This document shows, piece after piece, positions 1 through 8,204 of a DNA stretch of 64,000 nt; position 1 is the first letter of the stretch; every line of letters starts with the position of its first letter. A program made the position numbers and the translations under genes. The stretch lies in the NCBI GenBank assembly GCA_934772045.1, contig CAKVMH010000004.1, positions 7,491 to 71,490 on the forward strand, in the 5' to 3' direction. A model generated the notes under the pieces. It searched no databases. It was not told where the DNA came from and saw nothing but the letters and a program-made list of their open reading frames with translations. The stretch comes from an uncultured Clostridia bacterium (GTDB taxonomy: Bacteria > Bacillota > Clostridia > Christensenellales > UBA1242).

Positions 1-1
1 G

Positions 2-1495
2 CTCCTTTCAATTTTAAAATGCGTCATTAACACCGCCGATGATGTCGACTATTTAGCGTCGTTTTACGCTTTAACAGGCTTGCAAATGGACGATTTTATG
101 CAATTCCGCACGCCTAACAACAGTTTGTATGACGATTTAATTGCCAACATTCAAAACTTTAAAATCGCGGAAGGGTTTAAAAAACTTGAACTTATCCGCA
201 TGCAATCATATGTCAGCACAAATGCTGAATTGTTGCGCTTTATTTTGAATGATATGCAGGTCAAAAACTACCTTTTGGCGCACCCTTACGGCGATAAAGA
301 ATTGCAGTTAATTGAACAGTTTTTGAATAAACTTTCAGTTGAAAATTCTTTAAGCCTTGCCGAGTTTATTACAATCATTGAAACAAATGTTAGCCGTGGC
401 AATGATTATTTGGACATGGACAATGAAGACAGCGTCACATTCCAAACAATTCACAAAAGCAAAGGGCTTGAATACCCAGTTGTGATACTTTTCAACGCTA
501 GTAAAGAGTTTTCATACCTGCGCGACCACGACACAATCACATTTAATGCCGACATAGGTTTGGGTGTAGATTATTTCGACACAGTAAACCGCCAAAAAAC
601 ATTAAGTTTACCAAAATATGCAATCAAATTGACAAACGCAAGCAAAGGGTATAAGGAAGAAATGCGCCTTCTTTATGTCGCACTTACACGCGCAAAAAAT
701 AAACTGTATATTACAGGGCAATACCCTAAAAAGTTGTTGGAAGAAAAACTTAAAAAAACAAGTTACCTAAACATGATTTTGTCCTGCTATCAAGACGCAA
801 TAATGGCAGGCAAAACCGATTTCAATTTGTGCGAGTTTATGTTTTTTACCGATCCTGAAAATAACACAGTAACATTCAACGATGTGTTACCAGAAATCAA
901 TTTTGTTAAACCAAATTTCATTTATCCAAACACAAGCAAATTTTCAATAACATTCAAAAACAGTGTAACAGGTTTAAATTCCAAACAAAGTGAACAAACC
1001 AAGTTTGAAACAAAGTTATGGCTCACACCAAACACACAATACCTTGTAAATGAAGATAAAGCACTAATCGGCACACATTATCATAAGGCGCTTGAACTTT
1101 TAAATCTAACCGAACCATACACACAAAACACGTCATTTGAAGATGTAGATTACGATAAAATTCGCCTTGCACATTCAGCATTGCAACCTGTTGTTAAAAA
1201 TGCTTTGGCAATAAAAAAGGAAGCGGACTTTATGATGTTTGTGCCTTATAACAGTTTAGTTAAGGCTAGCGCATACACAGATAAAGTGCTTGTTCAAGGT
1301 GTTGTCGATTTGCTTGTTGAGTTTGACGACCATTTTGACATTGTCGACTATAAATTTTCTAATTTAAAGCCGTCAGTTTTGAAAGAGAAATATGCCGAAC
1401 AACTTAGGCTTTACGCAATGGCAGTTGAAAAAGCATATAATAAGCCAGTTAAAAACACTTATATCTATTCAATTCCAACTGGAAAATTAGTTTAG
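2..1495 (+). CDS. addA: Helicase-nuclease AddA/RexA-type, C-terminal part (5' end lies upstream of window)
   Basis: Frame open from nt 2 with no stop before the listed Met at 80. UvrD-family motif VI TIHKSKGLEYPVVILF, LLYVALTRAKNKLYI, and C-terminal PD-(D/E)XK-like VDLLVEFDDHFDIVDYK. Confidence 0.85.
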   Translation, partial: LLSILKCVINTADDVDYLASFYALTGLQMDDFMQFRTPNNSLYDDLIANIQNFKIAEGFKKLELIRMQSYVSTNAELLRFILNDMQVKNYLLAHPYGDKELQLIEQFLNKLSVENSLSLAEFITIIETNVSRGNDYLDMDNEDSVTFQTIHKSKGLEYPVVILFNASKEFSYLRDHDTITFNADIGLGVDYFDTVNRQKTLSLPKYAIKLTNASKGYKEEMRLLYVALTRAKNKLYITGQYPKKLLEEKLKKTSYLNMILSCYQDAIMAGKTDFNLCEFMFFTDPENNTVTFNDVLPEINFVKPNFIYPNTSKFSITFKNSVTGLNSKQSEQTKFETKLWLTPNTQYLVNEDKALIGTHYHKALELLNLTEPYTQNTSFEDVDYDKIRLAHSALQPVVKNALAIKKEADFMMFVPYNSLVKASAYTDKVLVQGVVDLLVEFDDHFDIVDYKFSNLKPSVLKEKYAEQLRLYAMAVEKAYNKPVKNTYIYSIPTGKLV

Positions 1496-1537
1496 TGCCA
1501 ACAAAATTCTCGTGTCCCTTTGAAATTGCATTTATTT

Positions 1538-1755
1538 GTCATTCTGAGCGAAGCGAAGAACCTGAACGATTTTGGTAAAAAATATTATGTATATATATTC
1601 GTCTGTCATTCTGAGCGGAGCGAAGAATCTTGCAAGGCTTGCCTTGCTTTTGAGAAATTAATCTTTAAAAGTGCTACGCACAAGACCCTTCGTTTGCACT
1701 CAGGGTGACACATAAGTACGCAAAGCCTGACATGTTAAGTATGTTCAGGGTGACA
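1538..1755. repeat. Cluster of GC-rich palindromic (REP-like) units GTCATTCTGAGCGRAGCGAAGAA
   Basis: Two direct copies (1538-1562, 1605-1629). One inverted copy (1687-1709, CCTTCGTTTGCACTCAGGGTGAC) and one partial inverted copy (1744-1754). Extra hairpin GCAAGGCTTGCCTTGC at 1632-1648. Confidence 0.7.
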
Positions 1756-1770
1756 TTTTTTGTTGATGAT

Positions 1771-2152
1771 GTTGAGCAAGGGTAATTAAAATATTATTGT
1801 ACATAATAAAATTATGACATATTTTAATTAGCTTGCATAGAAGCAAAACAAGGAGAGCAAGAGTAATTAAAATATATTTACATACACTATATGTATGACA
1901 TATTTTAATTAGCTTGCATAGAAGCAAAACAAGGAGAGCAAGGATAATTAAAATATTATTGCACATAATAAATTATGGCATATTTTAATTAGCTTGCATA
2001 GAAGCAAAACAAGGAGAGCAAGAGTAATTAAAATATATTTACATACACTATATGTATGACATATTTTAATTAGCTTGCATAGAAGCAAAACAAGGAGAGC
2101 AAGAGTAATTAAAATATTTTTACATACACTATATGTATGACATATTTTAATT
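1771..2152. repeat. Tandem array, ~81-bp unit x ~4.7
   Basis: Unit starts (GACATATTTTAATTAGC) at 1816, 1897, 1977, 2058 and 2139. Each unit has the 12-bp inverted repeat ATATTTTAATTA...TAATTAAAATAT around GCTTGCATAGAAGCAAAACAAGGAGAGCAAG. Two alternating ~22-nt linker variants. Confidence 0.9.
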
Positions 2153-2355
2153 ACCACGCGAAAGCAAAAAAATTAATAACAACAAACCATTTGCTTGCGG
2201 TTACTATATTTGATAGGTATCATCACATTTATCCGGCAATGGTGTTGTACTTTGACATAAACAGGCCTATCCCTATTAGGGAATATCGGTGGGCAGAATA
2301 TATGCCGTTAATAAAACAAGCAAATGTTCAAATTCAGGATAAGCGCATGAAATAG
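2137..2355 (+). CDS. Hypothetical 72-aa ORF; its first 5 codons are part of the upstream repeat unit
   Basis: ORF track only. No SD and no recognisable motif. Confidence 0.25.
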   Translation: MTYFNYHAKAKKLITTNHLLAVTIFDRYHHIYPAMVLYFDINRPIPIREYRWAEYMPLIKQANVQIQDKRMK

Positions 2356-2448
2356 GCAATGCACACTAGCAACAAAAAATTATTGTTTAATTAGAATACT
2401 TTTATTAAAAATCATATATACAAATGCATGCTTTTAAAAAATGGTAAA

Positions 2449-2478
2449 GAAAAAGGGCATCAAGTGATGCCTTTTTAG
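2449..2478. terminator. Rho-independent terminator (bidirectional look)
   Basis: AAAAAGGGCAT-CAAGTG-ATGCCTTTTT hairpin flanked by A and T runs, just downstream of the minus-strand ORF ending at 2527. Confidence 0.6.
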
Positions 2479-2526
2479 TTTCAAATTAATTATGTGTTGG
2501 GTTTATATTTTAAACCTTACATTAAA

Positions 2527-3060
2527 TTACATGTTTTCAATTGAAATTGTGCCAGTTTTTTCAAATTCCTTTTCAACTTGACCATAGTCTTTTGCTAATT
2601 TGATGAAACGGTAAACAAAGTAACCTAAAATGCCAGCAACAACAACTGCAACAATGGCGATGTGCCAACCCTCAACAAATTCATCTAAAACAATGCTTGC
2701 TGGAGGTGCTTTAAATATAACTTCTTTAACAGCAAGTTCTTCACATTCTTGTTTAGTGCGAAGGCTTGTTTCACTGATTTGATTAGCACTAAGGGCAGGA
2801 GCATTTTTGTCGTTTTGCTTTGCACTTGGATTGTAGAAAAGGACAAAATACTTGTCATCTTCAACTTCAATACAATAAGCAACTGTTTCACCAGCTGTCA
2901 TAACCGAATTTGGGCCGTATTTCATAAACGATTTAACGCCGATTGAATAAATCATACCACACATAAGGATAACTGCTATAAAACAAGCGCAAACAGCAAT
3001 CAATGTCTTTAAAGACATTTCAATAAACTCACGCTTTTTCATTTTTTTAATAAATTCCAT
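2527..3060 (-). CDS. Membrane protein, unknown function (two predicted TM helices)
   Basis: 177-aa ORF. Hydrophobic segments LIAVCACFIAVILMCGMIY and IAIVAVVVAGILGYFVY. Weak SD (GGGGA) upstream. Confidence 0.7.
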   Translation of the reverse strand: MEFIKKMKKREFIEMSLKTLIAVCACFIAVILMCGMIYSIGVKSFMKYGPNSVMTAGETVAYCIEVEDDKYFVLFYNPSAKQNDKNAPALSANQISETSLRTKQECEELAVKEVIFKAPPASIVLDEFVEGWHIAIVAVVVAGILGYFVYRFIKLAKDYGQVEKEFEKTGTISIENM

Positions 3061-3333
3061 AATTCCCCACTAAATGCCAATTTGGCTTAATTAATAATAG
3101 GATAAATAAAATAATTGCATTTGTCAAAGCTTTTGGGAAGATTTTCAAAATTTTATCCTTTTTTGTCGGTTTTTGTTTGGTAAAGTTCAAGTTTGCTCTT
3201 TTTTAGAACATACAACCGTAAAATAAAAACAAATCATTAAAAATCTGGTTCACCATATAAATTAGTGCCTTTTATTACTATTAAATAATTGACTGTACTT
3301 TACAAAATTATAAAATTATGTTATTATTTTTGC

Positions 3334-3726
3334 ATGAAAAATGAAATAAAGGACGAGATATACCAAAAAAATGCGTTAACATTGGCGTATTTGGGTGACG
3401 CAGTTTTCACACTCATGGTGCGGGAGTATCTCATAAACAAAACCGATTTCAAAGCCAACATGCTAAACAAAATTGCCAACGGAATAGTGTGTGCAAAAAA
3501 TCAGGCAATAATTATGGAGCAAATTAGACCGCTTTTGAATGAAACAGAAACTGAAATTGCAATGCGTGCAAGGAACGCGCACCCTAACAATAAGGCAAAA
3601 AATTCAAGTTTGCAGGAATACAGCTTGGCAACTCAGTTTGAAGCGCTTGTTGGCTTTTGGCATTTGGAAAAACAAAACACAAAATTAAACGAAATTTTTA
3701 AAAGGTATGTGGTTGAAAAATTATGA
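3334..3726 (+). CDS. mrnC: Mini-ribonuclease III
   Basis: LAYLGDAVFTLMVREYL motif. Lies upstream of rlmB-sigH as in Bacillus yazC-yacO-sigH. Internal ATG at 3334 chosen as start. Confidence 0.85.
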   Translation: MKNEIKDEIYQKNALTLAYLGDAVFTLMVREYLINKTDFKANMLNKIANGIVCAKNQAIIMEQIRPLLNETETEIAMRARNAHPNNKAKNSSLQEYSLATQFEALVGFWHLEKQNTKLNEIFKRYVVEKL

Positions 3727-4442
3727 TAGTTGAAGGAATAAATGTTGTTAATGAATTGATAAGTTCACGCGCACAAATTGATAAAATTTTGGCAGAAAAA
3801 ACAAATAATGCTGACATTAACAGGATAATTGACTCTGCCCGCAAATTGAATATTGCAGTTGAAATTGTGGACAAGGTGTTGCTTGAAAAAATTTATAAAG
3901 GCAAAACACAAGGCGTGATTGCATATGTGCCAAATTATAAGTATGCGGATGTGGATGATATTTTACAGCACGCAAAGGACAACAACAAAGCACCATTCAT
4001 CGTTATTTTAGACAGCATTGTTGACCCACATAATGTTGGTGCAATTATAAGGACATGCGAATGTGCAGGCGTGGACGGCGTTATTATCCCTGAAAATCGT
4101 GCATGTTTGGTTAACGAAACTGTATATAAAACCAGTGTTGGTGCGGTGAGCCATATCAAAGTGGCACTTGTTAAAAATTTGACACGCACAATTGAATATT
4201 TAAAAGAACAAGGCATATGGACATACGCCTTAGAAGCAGGTAGTAAGCGCATTTATGAAGCAGATTTCACTTATCCAACCGCGCTTATAATCGGCAGTGA
4301 AGGCAAAGGTGTTTCGCGCCTTGTTAAAGAAACGGCGGACGAAGTGCTTTCGTTAGATATGTATGGTTTGGTCAACAGCCTTAATGCGTCATGTGCAGGC
4401 GCAATTGCTATTTATGAAGTTGTAAGGCAAAGGAGAAATTAA
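3723..4442 (+). CDS. rlmB: TrmH/SpoU-family 23S rRNA 2'-O-methyltransferase
   Basis: SpoU motifs (ILDSIVDPHNVGAIIRT, LIIGSEGKGVS, SLNASCAGAIAIYE). ATGA overlap with mrnC. Confidence 0.9.
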   Translation: MIVEGINVVNELISSRAQIDKILAEKTNNADINRIIDSARKLNIAVEIVDKVLLEKIYKGKTQGVIAYVPNYKYADVDDILQHAKDNNKAPFIVILDSIVDPHNVGAIIRTCECAGVDGVIIPENRACLVNETVYKTSVGAVSHIKVALVKNLTRTIEYLKEQGIWTYALEAGSKRIYEADFTYPTALIIGSEGKGVSRLVKETADEVLSLDMYGLVNSLNASCAGAIAIYEVVRQRRN

Positions 4443-5036
4443 TTGGAAGACGTAACAGAATTGGTGCTTAAAGCGCAAAAAGGTGATGAAATTGCAATGG
4501 AAAACATTGTGAATATGTTTCGCCCAAAAGTTAGCGCCATTTCGCGTGAATATTTTTTGGTTGGTGGCGGACTTGACGACATCATACAAGAAGGTATGAT
4601 TGGTCTATTTAAGGCAGTTTACGGCTATAAACCGGACAAAAATCACAGTTTCAGTGCATTTGCTTCGCTTTGCATTGAACATCAAATTCAAACCGCTATT
4701 AAAAACGCAAATCGCAAAAAAAACAGCCCATTAAATAATTACGTTCCAATTAGCCATTTTGACGACCGCGACGACGATGACGAAAATTTAAAACTTGTCC
4801 TTGTTGACGACACGGACTTTGAGCAAGATTACATAAACCGCGAACAAAATGTCGTTGTTATGAGTAAAATTAAAAGTTTGCTATCAAGCGAACAATTTAA
4901 ACTTTTAAAAATGTTTTTAAATGGTAAAAGTTATGTTGAAATGGCAGACGCAATGGGCATGACAACTAAGCAAGTGGACAACAATTTGCAAGCCATTAAA
5001 AGGATATTAAGGACATTAAAAGGAGATATTCAATGA
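4443..5036 (+). CDS. sigH: Sigma-70 family factor, SigH-like
   Basis: TTG start 7 nt after AAAGGAG. DIIQEGMIGLFKAVYGYKPDKNHSFSAFASLCIEHQIQTAIKNANRKKNSPLN resembles the SigH region 2 signature. Synteny after rlmB. Confidence 0.8.
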   Translation: MEDVTELVLKAQKGDEIAMENIVNMFRPKVSAISREYFLVGGGLDDIIQEGMIGLFKAVYGYKPDKNHSFSAFASLCIEHQIQTAIKNANRKKNSPLNNYVPISHFDDRDDDDENLKLVLVDDTDFEQDYINREQNVVVMSKIKSLLSSEQFKLLKMFLNGKSYVEMADAMGMTTKQVDNNLQAIKRILRTLKGDIQ

Positions 5037-6511
5037 GTTTAGCATTATACCGCGAATTTAGGCCAAAAACCTTCGATGATGTTATAGGGCAAGATTATAT
5101 TATTAAAACATTAAAGAACCAGGTTAAATCGAACAATTTATCGCATGCATATTTGTTTTGTGGGCCAAGGGGTACAGGTAAAACCAGCACTGCAAAAATC
5201 TTTGCTCGCGCAGTGAATTGTACGCATTCAACTGACGGCAATCCATGTGGAATGTGTGCTGAATGTGTTGCACTTAATGAGCCTAACACAGATATTTTTG
5301 AAATTGATGCCGCTTCAAACAACCGCGTGGAAGAAATACGTGACTTGCGCGAAAAGGTAGCATATCCACCACTAATAGGGAAGTATAAGGTCTATATCGT
5401 GGACGAAGTGCACATGTTAACCGACAGCGCCTTCAATGCCTTGTTAAAAACACTTGAAGAACCACCAAAACATGTCATTTTCATTTTGGCAACCACTGAA
5501 ATTCACAAACTTCCAGCCACAATTTTGTCGCGCTGTATGCGTTTCGACTTTAAATTGTTGCCAGTCAATTTGTTGGCTGAACATTTAAAAAATGTGTTTG
5601 ATAAACGCAAAATAACTTACGATGAAAAATCATTACATCTTATTGCCAAAGCGGGCGAAGGCAGTGTGCGTGACATGCTTTCAATTGCGGATAGCGTCGC
5701 ATCATATTGCAACAATGAAATAACTTACGCACAAACTGAAAGTGTTATAGGCTTGTCCAGCAAGGACAGTATAAAGGACATTTTGTTAAGCATTGCAAAC
5801 AAGGACATTAACAAATTGTTTGTCGCTGTTAAGCGTGCGTTGGGCAGTGGTAAAAACATACAAGTGCTTTGTAAGGAAATGGCAGATTTTGTTAAAAACC
5901 TTATAATGATAAAAGTTGGCGTTGGCGATTACACCGTGCTTGACATTTTACCGGGTGAATTTGCTAGTTACGCGGAGATCGCTTCTCAGTTCGACTTGGA
6001 ATTGCTTAAAATTGCATTCAGCCGTTTTGCGGAAGTGGAATTAGATTTAAAATACAGCATAAACCCAGAAAATTTGTTTGAATCCACTTGCCTTAGTTTG
6101 CTTGTTAACCCAACTACCATGGTAACAGAAACAAAGGCTCCAACACAAGTTGTTGTGCCGGTTCAACAGCCAGAAATTAAGGCAGAAAGTTCAAATGAAA
6201 TTGACAAAATATGGGGCAATGTGCTCATAAAAACAAAGGAACGCAACTTGTTTGCTTTGTCTAACGCTTTAATCAACATTGTCAAAGTGGAAAAACGCTT
6301 AAACAAACTTATTTTGCACACAAATGATTTGGGCTCGTTCCAAATGATTGACAATAAAGAACGCCTTAATGTAATATTAGAGTTAGTTAATTTGTTTGAC
6401 GACAGCATAAAGGATATTGAAATCCAGTATGATAAAACAAATGCCTCAACACAAGATGTTAAGGACAGTTTAAAGGACGCATTTAAGTCAAAAATTAAGT
6501 TTAAAGAATAA
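5033..6511 (+). CDS. dnaX: DNA polymerase III subunit tau/gamma
   Basis: Walker A GPRGTGKTS, zinc module CGMCAECV, DEVHML, SRC motif. dnaX-ybaB-recR synteny. Confidence 0.95.
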   Translation: MSLALYREFRPKTFDDVIGQDYIIKTLKNQVKSNNLSHAYLFCGPRGTGKTSTAKIFARAVNCTHSTDGNPCGMCAECVALNEPNTDIFEIDAASNNRVEEIRDLREKVAYPPLIGKYKVYIVDEVHMLTDSAFNALLKTLEEPPKHVIFILATTEIHKLPATILSRCMRFDFKLLPVNLLAEHLKNVFDKRKITYDEKSLHLIAKAGEGSVRDMLSIADSVASYCNNEITYAQTESVIGLSSKDSIKDILLSIANKDINKLFVAVKRALGSGKNIQVLCKEMADFVKNLIMIKVGVGDYTVLDILPGEFASYAEIASQFDLELLKIAFSRFAEVELDLKYSINPENLFESTCLSLLVNPTTMVTETKAPTQVVVPVQQPEIKAESSNEIDKIWGNVLIKTKERNLFALSNALINIVKVEKRLNKLILHTNDLGSFQMIDNKERLNVILELVNLFDDSIKDIEIQYDKTNASTQDVKDSLKDAFKSKIKFKE

Positions 6512-6558
6512 GTAAATATATTAAACAATCGTTTAATTAAAAGGTTAAGGAGAATTTT

Positions 6559-6897
6559 ATGGCATATGGTGGTTTTAACGGTGGCTTCGGTGGCGGTATG
6601 AATATGAATGCCCTCATGCAACAAGCCCGCAAAATGCAAGAACAAATGGAAAAGGCACAAGAAGAATTAGAGAGTGCGGAAGTTGTTGGCAAGGCTGGTG
6701 GCGACATGGTTGAAGTGACAATGACTGGTAAAAAGGAATTGAAATCGGTTAAACTCAACAAAAACGCAGTTGACCCAGACGACATTGAAATGCTTGAAGA
6801 TTTGCTTGTGGTTGCTTTCAACGACGCAATTGCCAAAGCTGATGAACTCAGCAAAAGCAAAATGGGTGCCATGGGTGGCCTTGGTGGGTTGATGTAA
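6559..6897 (+). CDS. ybaB: Nucleoid-associated protein YbaB/EbfC family
   Basis: MQQARKMQEQMEKAQEEL...GGDMVEVTMTGKKE...D(I)EMLEDLL pattern. Strong SD AAGGAG. Confidence 0.9.
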   Translation: MAYGGFNGGFGGGMNMNALMQQARKMQEQMEKAQEELESAEVVGKAGGDMVEVTMTGKKELKSVKLNKNAVDPDDIEMLEDLLVVAFNDAIAKADELSKSKMGAMGGLGGLM

Positions 6898-7490
6898 TGA
6901 ACCAAATTGACTCAATGGAAAGGCTTGTAAATGAATTTTCACACTTACCAGGTGTTGGCAAAAAAACAGCACAAAGGTACGCTTATTTTTTGCTGACCTT
7001 GTCGGACAGCGAAGTTAAAGATTTTGCAGATGCAATGGTGACTGCAAAGGAAACAATCCATTATTGCAAAATTTGTGCAAACTTCACAGATAAGGAAGTT
7101 TGTGACATATGTTCACGCCCTAAAAAGGACAACATCATTTGCGTTGTAAAAGAGCCAAAAGATGTAACCGCGCTTGAAAAGGTGCGCGAATTTAATGGCA
7201 CATACCATGTTTTGCATGGCGTCATTAATCCGCTTGAAGGCAAAGGGCCGAATGATATAAACTTAAAGTCACTTTTATCACGCGTTCAAACGGAAAACAC
7301 ACAAGAAGTTATTGTTGCAACAAACCCAGATGTTGAAGGCGAAGCAACTGCAATGTACATCGCAAACATGCTTAAACCAATGGGCATCAAAGTGTCACGT
7401 ATTGCACAAGGCGTAAGCATGGGCAGTGAGTTGGAGTACACCGACGCAATGACCCTTTCAAAAGCCCTTCAATCACGCCGTGAGATGTAA
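6897..7490 (+). CDS. recR: Recombination protein RecR
   Basis: HLPGVGKKTAQR HhH motif, C4 zinc finger CKICANFTDKEVCDICS, Toprim region. Confidence 0.95.
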   Translation: MNQIDSMERLVNEFSHLPGVGKKTAQRYAYFLLTLSDSEVKDFADAMVTAKETIHYCKICANFTDKEVCDICSRPKKDNIICVVKEPKDVTALEKVREFNGTYHVLHGVINPLEGKGPNDINLKSLLSRVQTENTQEVIVATNPDVEGEATAMYIANMLKPMGIKVSRIAQGVSMGSELEYTDAMTLSKALQSRREM

Positions 7491-7570
7491 TTTTTAAATA
7501 AAACGCATGAATAATTCGTCGTGAAATGATACACATTTGCAAAATAAATTCGTAATGAAATAAATAGATT

Positions 7571-7612
7571 AAAAAACTACCCGCATTTAAGTAAAAATCA
7601 GGGTAGTTTTTT
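7571..7612. terminator. Rho-independent terminator between convergent recR and the XRE gene
   Basis: AAAAAACTACCC-(18 nt)-GGGTAGTTTTTT. Confidence 0.65.
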
Positions 7613-7854
7613 AATTTATACTAAAGGCACACTATTTTATGAATGCTAGTGAATGATAGTTCTTTATTCCGCCAAACAATAAATTATAATCGCCAGTAAA
7701 ACCCAATTATATATATATTCTTTTTAGCGTTTTTAAAATGTCCTACTTTGTCTTGTTCCATTGGTTAGTGTTGGTTGGTACGAATGTAATGAGTACCAAA
7801 TGGTAGTTAAACTGCTTTGCCTTTAAAATTGCACTTATTTAGTGGAAAGGAATT

Positions 7855-8067
7855 TTAAATAATATCAACACCAAGTAAAAAGTCAACACTCACTTGGAAA
7901 TAATTTGCAATCAAAATAAGCGTATCTAAGTCAGGTTCACGCGCACCAATTTCCCAAAAACTTACAGTTTGGTTAACCACATTAAAAATTTTGCCTAATT
8001 CACGTTGTGAAAGACCTTTTTCAACCCTTAATTGTTTAAGTATACGCCCAAAATTGTTATTTTTCAT
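7855..8067 (-). CDS. XRE-family helix-turn-helix transcriptional regulator
   Basis: LKQLRVEKGLSQRELGKIFNVVNQTVSFWEIGAREPD is a typical HTH_3 pattern. Confidence 0.85.
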   Translation of the reverse strand: MKNNNFGRILKQLRVEKGLSQRELGKIFNVVNQTVSFWEIGAREPDLDTLILIANYFQVSVDFLLGVDII

Positions 8068-8070
8068 TAA

Positions 8071-8130
8071 TTACATTTTCGTCAATTTTTCCTACATTTT
8101 GTTGACTTACTACATTTTGTAGGATATAAT
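8071..8130 (+). promoter_or_regulatory. Sigma-A-type promoter (TTGACT-17-TATAAT) with three TACATTTT repeats (candidate operators)
   Basis: -35 at 8102-8107 and -10 at 8125-8130. TACATTTT at 8072, 8093 and 8111. Inverted CCTACA/TGTAGG at 8091-8096 and 8118-8123 brackets the -35. Confidence 0.55.
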
Positions 8131-8204
8131 ATTGTTGATATTTACCAAAAAACTAAGCCATATTCGTCCCCATGGTGGTTTAAGGTAGATTAAAAGGAGA
8201 AAAA

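Noticed and set aside
1771-2152. Possible CRISPR array (regular ~81-bp spacing of a conserved core with intervening short segments)
   Set aside because: The conserved core is ~58 nt and the linkers ~22 nt. The linkers are only two alternating sequences rather than unique spacers. No cas genes are in the window. It is a tandem repeat, not a CRISPR array.
1745-2157. Minus-strand ORFs of 73 and 69 aa (LITLALLVLLLCKLIKICH repeats), and plus-strand ORF 1520-1708
   Set aside because: Their sequences are just translations of the tandem and REP-like repeats. They have no SD, a repetitive artificial-looking composition, and overlap each other.
1771-2355. Type III toxin-antitoxin (ToxI-like RNA repeat array followed by a toxin gene)
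   Set aside because: The downstream ORF is only 72 aa, lacks an SD and shows no ToxN/AbiQ-like features I can recognise. No terminator separates array and ORF. The ORF start is itself part of the repeat. The idea is kept only as a low-probability alternative in the findings.
6163-6972. Minus-strand ORFs (165, 122 and 101 aa) overlapping the dnaX 3' end, ybaB and the recR 5' end
   Set aside because: They are antisense to three well-supported conserved genes and show no translation signals.
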